From Psammoneis japonica (Eukaryota): a stretch of 64,000 nucleotides of DNA. Below are positions 24,701 through 35,472 of this stretch, one piece after another (the first letter of the stretch is position 1; every line of letters begins with the position of its first letter). The stretch is taken from positions 248,001-312,000 of the forward strand of contig QPGO01000052.1 of NCBI GenBank assembly GCA_008632985.1. Direction: 5' to 3'. Both the position numbers and the translations under genes were made by a program. The notes beneath the pieces are model-generated. The model saw nothing but the letters and a program-made list of their open reading frames with translations. It was not told where the DNA came from and made no database searches.

Positions 24701-25636
24701 CACTCTTTCGCTAATTCATTTTCAGAATAGCTTTAATCCGTGATGTAGGTATTCTTTTTTCAAAGATTGGACCTTTTATTCACTTTGGATTGTGGTGGTA
24801 CCATATAGGAGACCATTTTTGGAACCAAAATTGGAACCTTTTTGATTGTGGAATCAACTGCGCTATCAGAGCCCGAATTGATATGTTTTTTTGTCATAGA
24901 CGTCCTTGCCGACCTCTAGACGACTCAAACCTCAATCAGCTCGTAAAGGGTATGATCCAGTAGTTCAATATTTTGGACAGTAGGCTGATGCTGCCATCCT
25001 TGCGGTGCGAGTGATAGCTGATAAATCAGCGCTCGGTTTCCCGCTAGATTCGACTTAGAATCCATCTGAGGGTCGTATAGACTCTCATCGTTGACCTCTT
25101 GGGTCTATCAGAGGCTTTCTTGCTGTTGAGCGGCTCTGGTTTCTTCAGGTCGTCTCGAAAATAATTTCCCTGATTCTGAAGTGCATTTCCTCGGAGGACA
25201 TGAGTTATGAGACGCTTGAGGTACTTTCCAACGATTCCCTCTTGCTCCTTGGACTCGAGGATCATCGATTCGGTCTCAAAAAACTCTCCAATAGTCTCTC
25301 CTTGCATGGTAGACGTATTTCTCGGATCTGATCGACTCGGAACTTGCATTCTCTGCAACCATGACTTGGTGTAGATTTTTTGATAATGCGGTGTACTTGA
25401 GAGCCCTTGATCCTTGGGTGCTTGGAATAGACCGTATTAGAGCGAATCCTCTTGTTTGGTAGACGAAAAACAGCGTTCCATCTTGAGGTACTGCTCGGCT
25501 TGAGCTTCTTCCGCTCGGAAATCGATTCCAGCAGAACTGATGCGATTCGTTCCTGTTTATAGAAGAATTTGCAAAGGCACATTAGTTGAAATTTTCATTT
25601 TCCGTACTTTTTACCTTCTGTGGTGTGTATACACAA

Positions 25637-26003
25637 TGCACTATGCTCGAAGAACGAGTGTAAACGAAAGTAGAATAGTGTACGAAAAGTGGAAATTATG
25701 AGATTAGATTTTACTCTGTGATTTTTGGTTTCTCCGAATGAGTTCTCAATGGCCTAAAGCTTCTGTACTGCTTCTACAGACAAAAGGCCTTTTGGAGAAT
25801 ATAATCGTGACAACAGATAGTCCGAATACGATTGCTTTTGACACATAAGATGTCAGCATCGTCTATCGATCGTATTTGCGATTTTCGACTTCCGATCAAC
25901 TCTGTGTGATCGTTCTGTCCTTCGCACGCATCCACGACTGTGGCACGATTGACATATAAATAATATATAATCATATATATGTATATAACAGTCGCATACT
26001 GCA
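25637..26003 (-). repeat. 5' LTR of the gypsy element (TA-retaining copy)
   Basis: Ungapped alignment to 21370-21736. Confidence 0.95.
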
Positions 26004-26217
26004 AAACAGAAAATGGCACAACCAAACACACTCAAGCTGTTGAACATTCTCAAGAGTCTGGAAATGCCCCTGTCAATCACATGAGTGCAAGCAGCCAAAA
26101 AATTGAATGCTCTGAGAAATCTAAGAACAGCAACAACTCTTTGAGCACTGATTGCGAGTCTGACTGGATGGACATGACCAATGGCTGGAGTGAAAACAGC
26201 ATTGTGACAATGTCCTC

Positions 26218-26790
26218 TGCAGAATCCAGCACCAACAGTGATGGCCAGGAAGTTTCAAAGTGTGACAACATTTTTGTCAAGTGTGATGAATGGCTCATTG
26301 AAAGAGTTGGGACAGTTGTTGAAAAAGGAGAAAGCTCAAAGATGCTGGAGTTGACAAGGTTGCATTGCTTGTCAGTGAAGACCAAGCCTTGTTGAGGTTT
26401 TAAATGAAAAGGCATTGGCTTGCTCACTGCAAAATGATCCAGAGTCATTTCTTCAGCAACTTGAGCCATTTAAGAGACTCTGCAGGCTGTGCAACTCTTG
26501 GCCACTGCAGAATCCACCACCAACAAGGATGGCGTGAAAGTTTCAAAGTGTGATCCTGTTTTTGCCAAGTGCAACAAATGGTGCAATGAAAGAAATGAGG
26601 CTGTTTGAAAAAGGAGAAAAGCTCAAAGATGCCAGAGTTGACAAGGTTGTGTTGCTTGTCCATGAAGACCAAGCCTTGTCTGAGCTTTTAAATGAAAAGG
26701 CATTGGCTTGCTCACTGCAAAATGATCCAGAGTTGTTTCTTCTGCAACTCAAGCCATTTGAGAGACTTCACAGGCTCTGCAACTCAAAGG
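26218..26790. repeat. Tandem duplication of about 288 bp within the DDE pseudogene
   Basis: tgcagaatcca..aagtttcaaagtgtga..gaaaaaggagaaa..ttttaaatgaaaaggcattggcttgctcactgcaaaatgatccagagt occurs twice. Confidence 0.85.
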
Positions 26791-27288
26791 CCATCTCTGG
26801 CAAAACATGGTGAGTGCCCATTTTGAAATGAAAAAGGAGCATTGCTGGGATCTTCTTTGCTGGATGGGAAGCAAACTGACCCCACCAATCTGCAGAATGC
26901 ATGACCCTGAGTTGCCTCCAGAGGTCCACTTGTGCCTGCACAAAATCCTGCCAAACAAAGAAGAGCTCAGCAACAAAGGATCTGAGAAGACAGAGCACTG
27001 TTTTCCACATTTCCATTGAGTGTGCATGCCTCAAGTCTTGCCACCACAAACCATCAAACAACAGCATGACGAGCTTGAACTTGGAGACAAGAAGGATGTT
27101 TGCAGGGCATGGCTTCCAATGATGGTCCCTTTTTCTTGGCTTGTTGCTGTTGATGGTCTCCACAACAATGCCCCACACCATGAAAATCTTTGTGTCATCA
27201 TTCCACACATGTTGAAATGGGGTGCACATGGAAATGAGCCTTGGAGCACCACTCCAATGGCCAGGAGGGGCTGACAGGGGTCTTCCTG

Positions 27289-29196
27289 TCAATTGCTGGG
27301 ATTGAGAATTGTGCTGCGGCTCAAAAAAATTGTCAACATTTGATCTGCAATGGTTGCTTCCCATTTCCTGCTGCTGCACTTTGCCTTCTCTTGCACCATC
27401 ATCAGCTCCATCAAGAGTGGTGCTTTGTTGATTGGAGATGGGGGCATTGTTCTTTCAAAAGCATCTTTGTTGGCACAACACTGCATTTGGTGGAAAATGA
27501 AAAGTGCGCGAGAGTGTGCAAGCACACTTCTCATCTGTTGCAGCATCCACAGCACAAAAAGGGGCATGACAAAAATTGATTTGCATCAGCATCAAAGCCA
27601 ATTGCAGCATGTGGCCTTCTTGTGCCTTCTTTGCTCCCCTGATTGCAGATTTGATGACACTGCTTCTGTCTTCATGGGTGGAATGCAATGAAGTTTGAAC
27701 AGCTGCACAAAATTGCCTTCAACAAACATTTTGCAGATGCAAAGCTCTGTTGCATCAATGAGCAAACCACCACCTTGCAACAGCAGGAAACCTTGTTTGA
27801 GCTCATGTTCATTGCCTTTTTGGTGAAAATTTTCAACCAAGCTTGGCAGCATTGAATCAAGCTCTGACACACAATCACAATGACAACAGCATTTGTTGAT
27901 TGATGTGAAATGTCTCACAGCTGACTCTAATTCTGACTCATCCCCAAAAACAGGGTGTCCAAGTTGAGCAGATGCCCAACACTGCAACACAGTGGTTTGC
28001 ACACACATGGAATGGGAGCCACTTCAAAATTAAGATGTGCGTGCAATGGGAGTTCTTTTTCACAATGACAAAATTGCTCATTCTTTAATGTGTTGTAAAG
28101 AGGAGCCAAAAATTTCTTGCTCAATGGCTCGCCATTCAAAAAGGTGGGCCCTTCAAACTGCTGTGCCAATCAACAGTCTGTGATGGCATCAGGTGGCAAC
28201 TTGAAAGGGTCAAAGCCAACAGCTTTGCCCCACAAAAAAGCAGGAGAATTGCCTGTCTTTTCTTCCAATGGATTCAGTGGAACAAGATTGTGATGTTTGT
28301 CAAGGACCGGGCAGTGCAAAAATGGTGCCGCTGCCTTGTCAAAGTTCTCCACACAGCCTGCTGGGATTGCAGCCTGTCCAAAGGCTTTCTCACCAACTTG
28401 CGCTGCAGTGCCTTCAGACCAATCTGTGCTGGCAAGCCTTGGAAGGATGCTCTTGAAGATTCTTGAAAACCCTTGGTGGCTGCAGTTGTCTGAGCCAAGA
28501 AGATTGGTTGTCGCTGAAAAGCATTTGAAGTCATGCACTGCAATGGGACAATTGGCAGGCAATTGGCCCCTTTTGTGCACTTTCCATGCACCATCAAACC
28601 ACAGATCAACCTTAAAACAAAAACAACCTCAGCCCCCAGAACAACAGTGTCACCATCCTCTCCATCATGACACTGTTGATTCAACCGTCTGCCTCCATTT
28701 TGATGAGTTGTTAGTGCTTGGCCTTGCGTGCAGAGCATTCATGTTGGACTCCATTGCCAATCATCTGTTCTTTGACCAACAATGTTGGGTGAAAGGTCAG
28801 ACCAATCTCTTGCTCTTTGCAGTGATTGGCACTGGTTGACCTCGGCAATCATGTCACCAGCTTTTCTTTTCTTTGTGCAGTCATCCATCCATGCATCTGC
28901 TTTTGCCATCTTGTTGTCCTTGCCACACTCTTCATTGGATGTCTTGCCCCATCAAAAATGTGAAAAAGAGATGCCCCAGCTGAGACAAGCTTGTTGTGCA
29001 TGGATTTGGCTGTTGCCAACAAACTTTTTGGCAGATGCAGTGGCTGTGATGGGAGGCACAATGCACAGTGGCATGTTTTGTGAAGCCTCGCCAATGTGTT
29101 GATCCTGGTTCTTTTTCCACTGGCATCAGCAAATGGTGCAGACTGCAGCTTGTTGACATTGCCAACAGCTTTGACCCATGGGTTGCCAATTCCCAT
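27289..29196 (-). pseudogene. Exo1/XPG (Rad2)-family nuclease pseudogene with C-terminal SWIM-like zinc finger, convergent with the DDE gene
   Basis: MGIGNPW..GKRT.IN...RLHK, HIFDGARHPMK, QLIKMEADG, EDGDTVVLGA and LLGSDN follow the XPG-N, XPG-I and H3TH motif order; a Cys/His cluster near 27510-27570. Confidence 0.78.
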
Positions 29197-29889
29197 TGCC
29201 TGTGCATTGAGGTGTTGTGGAGTGATGTGCAGAAGTGCAGCATCAAGGCATGCAAAAACGAGCTTCAGTTGTGGATGATGTCTCTCAATTTTTTTCATGC
29301 ATCACATCTGCACCCTTGCTGCTGCTCACTGCTTCAAATGCCTTTGCTTTCTGTGTCTTGTGGATTGTGCCCCATTTCATGAGGTGATTGCATTGATTGC
29401 CCAGATTGCCTTGTCTTTCTCCAGTGTGGTTGCACCTGATGGATGTTCCAGCTCCTCTGATTTGCTCTTCTGCCTCACACACCAGTGCCTGCATCTCTGG
29501 CCTGAACACTCGTCCAACATGATGCTCATTTGCTTTCCTCTCATGGCCTCTGTGCATCTGCCATCCTCTGCCCTCTGCCTGTCATCCTGACTTGGCAATG
29601 ATGCCGCACAGTCACTCCTTCAAATCTTTTGTGCTTCCATGCTCATCAGCTGTGTCCTCACCCCGCATCAATGTTTCCCCTGGTCTGACACAACTTTGCC
29701 ACACCTTTTTTCAACAGACCCTTCACAGCTTTGTCACAGCAAGGTCCTCCAGAGACTGTCTGTTCACTTGCTTCATTGAGCCAGTTTGCTTGCCACAATC
29801 TGCTGGCATGAGCTCTGCACCTTTGGATTCTTGATGACTTTCCAGCCAGCCTTTTTAGCTTCAATGTTGATGGAATTTTGTGGCTTGCC

Positions 29890-30080
29890 AACTGATCTGT
29901 GCCAGCCTTGCTGCCCCCCAAACTCACCACCATGGATTGCAAACACTGCTCTGTGCCAATTGCAATGTCATCATGATGGTGAGTTGCAGGTGTGATTCCA
30001 CCACATGTTGCTGACAGCCACTGGCATTGCTTTCACCACTTCAATGTTGTCTGTCTGTGCTCTGAATTGCGTGTCACACC
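29890..30080 (-). repeat. Dispersed repeat homologous to 18610-18830 (probable copia RT fragment)
   Basis: Shared catggattgcaaaca..ctgctctgtgcca..atggtgagttgca..ttgtctgtctgtgctc. Confidence 0.65.
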
Positions 30081-30679
30081 CAGATTTTTCAACACTTCAT
30101 AAAAGTTGCGAATCTTCTTGTGTGCCACCAATGTGGACAACTCAGTTGGAGCTGGGCCTTTTGAAAGAGGCCATTGGCACAACCCCTCCACTGGCCAGCA
30201 GCGCATGACCTGCCTCTGTGCATGCTCCCTTTTGACCTTCCTCTCTTGGAGCAAGAGTGACGGGAGCCCTCTCTGGCCAGACTGCTGGGAAGCAACAGAG
30301 ACAGGCATGCAAAGTGTTTTGCTGTCTGAGTGCATTGAAGCCAGCATGAGAGCCTCTGGGGGATTGGTGGCTGGCTCCTCCTTCCAAAATGATGCGAGGA
30401 GCACAATCCTCTGTGTGTGCTGCTCACTCCAAGAGAGCAACGACACCAGCACTTGTTCCCCAAGCTGAGTGGCTTCGAGCTTCACCCTGTGTGCTTGGCA
30501 ACACTTTGAATCCACTCAGGAAAGTGAGCACGTGTCTTTTCCTTTGGGCTGTTCAATCCCAACTCCCAACTGCTTCAACAAGCAAACTTTATCAGCTTCT
30601 ACATGACTGAAGACAATTTTAACCTCCTCGCATTTTGTGCTTCAGCCACTTTGCGGAACGAATGCGGCACCCATAGCAC

Positions 30680-32115
30680 ATGGCACTTTTGAAACAGTCT
30701 TCAAAGCAAAGAATCGCAAAAGAATCCCCGTTCGAAGCAAAGAATCACAATAGAATCGCCGTAACCGAAACTATGGATCCACCACGACAATGGCCACAAG
30801 AAGTCATCGACGAATACGATGCGGTAAGGACTTTGGGCAAAGGCGGTTTTGCTTCTGTTGTTCTTGCTCGAAAGAAGAACCCGAAAGACGACGAGATCGA
30901 TGGAGTAGTCGCCATCAAGGTATGCATAATGAAACGAATGGAATGCTTACTGGAAAAACCAACTTACGTACAGCTATTCTTGTGGCTTACTGTCATAAGG
31001 TGGTGGCCGCCTCCACAGAAGCGGAAGCTGGGTATGCTCACCGTGAGATACGAATCCTTCAGGAACTCTCGCACCCTCGAATCATGCGCTTGGTCGACTT
31101 CTGGGAGCCCACATCTATACAAAGTGGAAGCGTGGCAGTCATGGCGTTGTCTTATGCCAAAGGACCTACACTGCAGTTTCTGTTGAAATCTGGCGCACCA
31201 ACTGTGGCGTTCGCGCGGGTTGTTCTTTCCCAATTGGTGGATGCAGTTGCATACATGCACTCTCGTGCTACATTGCATCGAGACATCAAGCCGGACAATC
31301 TGATAATTTCGGGAGCATCATCTAAGCAGAGCGAGATCTGGGATGACAGAAAAATTGAACATCATACTGACTTTGCTCGGCTAAGAAAAAAGTGGCATGT
31401 GACTCTGGTTGACTTTGGGTTTGCAAGAGCCTTGTCAAAGGACGAAGTGCAAACTGACAGTGGTTTCCGAAAATCTGTAATTGGCAAACCATCCGCATCA
31501 GCAAAGCTCAGTCACAGCGTACACTCCGATCTGAACGAAGCAATAGATATGAGCGCCCATTCTTCGATTGACTCAAGCGCACGTTCAAAAGTGCTGGATC
31601 GGTCGTATTCGCGTGTGATTGTGAGAAAGATGTCTGCACTTGGAAATCGTGACTATGCTGCGCCAGAAGTAGTCAACGGTGTCAAGAAAGAAAAAGTGGA
31701 GAAGGATGGACACACACTCTCAGCTTTTGTTTCTGACTATGGAATGGTCGCTGACGCGTTCTCTGTAGGAGCGACCATGAGATACACACTCTCGGGTGTT
31801 CCTCCAGATAAAAACATTGCAGACACAATCGCCGCCCAGAACAATCCTTTGTCAAAGGTGGGTCGATGGTTGGGAAAGAAAACTAAGAGAACAAAATCTA
31901 AGGCAATGAAGAGAGAAAAGAAATACCGTTCCATCTCCGAGTTTCCCGGCGAAGTAACGCGCTTGATCCAGGGTTTAATGCATTGGAATCCGAAAGAGAG
32001 AACGACCGTCCGTGTTGCAAGGCTGTATCCATGGATCGATGATGCTTTAGAAGACTCAAATCATTGGACTCGTCAAGAGGTGATCTATCTCGATTGCGCA
32101 TCAGACCAACGTTGA
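30680..32115 (+). CDS. Ser/Thr protein kinase; intron 30920-30999 (start at 30680 or 30773)
   Basis: LGKGGFASV, VAIK|VV, HRDIKPDN, DFG, YAAPE, DAFSVG. Confidence 0.92.
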
Positions 32116-32538
32116 GCCGCAGAACTGCTGACAGTCCGCTTCTTCATGGAGGCATAGGATATCCTGTCGGTGCATCCGCCAAAATCTTTAGCGATGAGCT
32201 GCTGTGACGTCGTTACGAAGATGATGCGGTGGATGGTGAATGTCGCATGATCAACTTAGTGGTAGGGAGGGAGCGAGTCCCTCCAGGCCAATCTTGCTAC
32301 TTCTGCCAAACTCATTTTGTAACTCGAGCGCTTTCTTATATTTTGCGGTAGCGAACCGTGGTCGCTAGACCCTACACCATAATGCGTACAACACCATGCT
32401 CTAGATTGTGGTAAATTTACTGACCTCTATGTAATAAAGTAAATAGTACAAGGTTTCATTGCAATCAAGTGACGGAGAAACCCCTAGATTTACCAAGGCT
32501 GTGCGATGCTTCTATCTCGACCAACGAATTAAAAGCGC

Positions 32539-33182
32539 TTATTTGGCACCGTCGTATGTCTTCTGCAAGTCGGTTTTCCCGGAGTAGTCATACTTGGTCT
32601 TGGCAAAAGTGTGTCCACGACCAACAGTCTTAACCCAGTCGGCTTTAGTGTCAGTTCCACGGTTAGCATACCACTTTGTGAAATCCTGGAATTTACCTGC
32701 CTTGGCGGCATTCTTTTTGTAGTTGGCGTCGGCCTTGGCAGCATCCTTGGAACGAATCTTTTCGTACTGAGCCTTGCTCAAGCCAGCCGGAACGTAGGAG
32801 TTCGATCCGAGACTTCCCTGCTTGAGCTGTTTTGAAGAAGACAACGCATAAACACAGAAGACAGCAACCAAGGAGCGGGTGAGAATAAAGATGAAAAAGA
32901 AAGATTCGCCATCTGCAGGACCGTCGACATCACAATTGGCACGTAGAAATGTACGTAGAACTTGTACTACGAGCGTATCTCTGTGCTTCAACTCACGTTT
33001 TTCTTGCCACGAGCACCGTAGTCGTTCACCTCCTTGTTGGGAGCAAAGAGATCCATGCCGAAGACACTCTCGAAGAAAGGCTTTTTCTCATTAAGTGCAG
33101 TGGAGGTGCGTCCATTGGAAGCCAACGGCGAGAAGGCGGCAGCAGTGGCCACAACAGCGAAAAGAACGGCAACAACCTTCAT
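32539..33182 (-). CDS. Small plastid-targeted protein of unknown function; exons 33182-32997, 32826-32539
   Basis: MKVVAVLFAVVATAAAFSP bipartite presequence; in-frame splice GKKN|LKQG; codon usage suggests high expression. Confidence 0.85.
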
Positions 33183-33721
33183 TTTTTTCTTTTGATGTTC
33201 GAAAATGAGCCGAGGTGAAGGACCATGTGCATGCGTTGAACGGAGATCTTGGTATTCAAACAGGTACGTTCTTTCTACGTGGGATTGGTATCATGGCTAC
33301 TTCAACGAGAAAGCGAATGGAAAAATTCTTATGTATGACTGCTGACGTACGAACCAGCTTTATTGCTCCTGTAGAAAACATACTGCAATCGAACGTAGGT
33401 GCAAGAATTTAATCTATATTATAAGCCCTGAATATATGGTTCTCATATTCTCTTTTTTTAAACGCCGTATTTATTCGGTATTTTAGCGAACGCCACGTAC
33501 GTATCTACGTAAAAATGTACGTTCAAACTACTGACAGCTCATCCTCCACACAGCCGACGCGATGCGCCGCGAGAGAACGCGGCCGATCGATAGCATGGAA
33601 CGCGTCTGTTTTGTGGTTCGTCGATGGCTGTCAGGACTATTGGCTTGTTGTGGTGGAAATACAATCCCTCGAGGCAGAATTAGGGATCATCTGTTGACTG
33701 AGTAGTTATTGAACTTAAGCG

Positions 33722-35472
33722 ATGTTAGCGCATCAGATGGTACCTCGGCAGAAGCGATTGAACTCCTGTAGCAGTTGTGTGACATCACCATGTAGAAGTA
33801 CCGATGTCGACGAAAGTCCTTTGAGAACTGCGAAGCCAAGTCGTCCATCCTCTTCGCTTCGTCAACGCAGCGTGGGAGTAGCGGGTATTTCAAGGTATTA
33901 CAGAGCTGCCGTGCTTATGGCATGCACAGTGTCTTGGGCATGTCAGGCTTTTGTCGTTCACCGCGGCAATTTCGCTTCGCAGCAGAAACGAGTCGTTCCT
34001 GGATGCCGACACGAGTCATCATCATTGTTTATGACAACAGAGACCGAGTTCCCGACGGTCTCACTGGTGGGTTTTAATAAAGAGCCTAGTCCAGGTGTTT
34101 CCATAGCTGCCGCTCCAGAAAATACAATTGTAATTCTCAGTGCAACTTCTGACGAAGAGAATGACGACGCAAAAGCCGACTCTGAAGAAAACGAGGCGAG
34201 AGTGGAGGAAGAAACTGCCCAAGAAGATACTCACGACGAAGAAACCATGAATAGACGACGAGCAGCGGCCACGTCGGCTTTATTTAGAATAAACAAGGGA
34301 GCGGCACGTAAGAGTGGTAAAAAGTTAAAAGACACCAGCGTTGGAGCAAGGCGTGTCGGGAGCGCCACAAGAACCCGAAAGCAGGGTGCCGGTTCCACCT
34401 CCCAACTCTTGGGGACAATAAGAACAGCTGCAGCAGCCGCTGCAAGTAAACAGGGGAAACAAAAGAATGCCACATCCACTGCATCCCGCGATGAACCAAA
34501 AAGAAGTAGCAAGGGATCAAGTCAAACAGTCATCCAATCAACTATCAATGAACTTTTGGAGAATCAGAATCCATCCAAGCCTACTGGTAGTCAAGATACA
34601 CCAGGAACGTCGATGAACCATGGTTCTATGGGCATACTTGGCGAGCGACAGGCAAACAAGAAGCAACCCATTCAAACTCCAGGAACCGTGCTCTTGCATG
34701 CATTGAATGAAAATGCTGAAACGACGAGAGAAGCACTGTCAATTCGAACGGCAACGCCCTTGGATGATGTTGATATTGCCAACCTACGACTTTCAGTTTT
34801 TTCGGACTTTTCCCCTGACGTCCAAAAGCAATTCTGCTATCGCTCATGTCAAGTACTAGCCAGTCGGAGGCTTCGCGGAGCAACATGCCTTGTTGCGACT
34901 GTACCGCGTGCCGACGCGAAACACTTGGAAAGACAAGACTATGTACTGGGAAGTATTGAATGTAGTATGCACGAATTCTATGGAACTAAATTGGGGCTCA
35001 GTCGACCAGAAGGGTCGATCCTTTACATCACGGAAGTAGCCGTGTCGCCTCGTGCCAGACGGCTTGGCGTTGGTACGAGACTTTTAGAGGTGCGCACCAC
35101 ACAAAACATCTATCTTGTCTCTATCTTGAAATCAATTTTCTCGCCTTGGCTCACATTTTGCTTATGAATTCTATTTGGAAAGGGAGTTGACAAATTGAGC
35201 TCTTGCGCAACATCGAAAGCCTTTATCTCCACGTTGATGTGAAGAATGTAGCTGCACTGAAAATGTACGAAAAAGCAGGATACGATGTCGTTGATAACAG
35301 GGACCCTATCTTCGCCGAGTTCACCACATCACTGAATCTGCATGACGGAGCCACCAAAGGAAGGAAGCACTTTCTTTTACAAAAGCATTTGACATCTGAT
35401 CTGACGTGGGTGCCGTTGCAGGAATCATGCTTGTATGGTGCCAGCACCCTTGGGTTTGATGTCATGGCCTAG
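33722..35472 (+). CDS. GNAT N-acetyltransferase with long N-terminal extension, possibly plastid-targeted; intron from 35090 to about 35182; alternative start 33917
   Basis: LYITEVAVSPRARRLGVGTRLL (acetyl-CoA motif), LYLHVDVKNVAALKMYEKAGY, CQAFVV signal motif. Confidence 0.85.

Larger units (their letters stand above)
21370..26003 (-). mobile_element. Ty3/gypsy LTR retrotransposon, defective, with 4-bp TSD AAAC
   Basis: 367-bp TG..CA LTRs; AAAC at 21366-21369 and 26004-26007; PPT at 21737-21747; protease DMIMGRDLM, RT CRLP..GAP.IF.QRMSELMAGLE, RNaseH TTEKELLS.VETL and GKANVVA.AISRL. Confidence 0.93.
19828..27274 (+). pseudogene. PIF/Harbinger/ISL2EU-like DDE transposase (DDE_Tnp_4) pseudogene, copy 1, interrupted by the gypsy element
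   Basis: FLFDGKNTPT, NKGSEKT (DKGF in copy 2) and a C-terminal VPFS..DGL..P region. Colinear with 55358-57655. Reading continues MESDGK|TENG across the LTR element. Confidence 0.72.
16145..30590. other. TpA-depleted transposon nest 1
   Basis: About a dozen TA dinucleotides in 16150-21369 by manual count; ORFs here are nearly Tyr-free and Cys/His-rich. Confidence 0.95.

Noticed and set aside
27289..29196. Host EXO1 gene
   Set aside because: It has multiple stops and frameshifts, is fully TA-converted, and a second copy is linked to the same transposase.
35183..35205. Frame discontinuity at the start of the last GNAT exon
   Set aside because: Explained by a 1-nt indel error or an alternative acceptor at 35199; not treated as biology.
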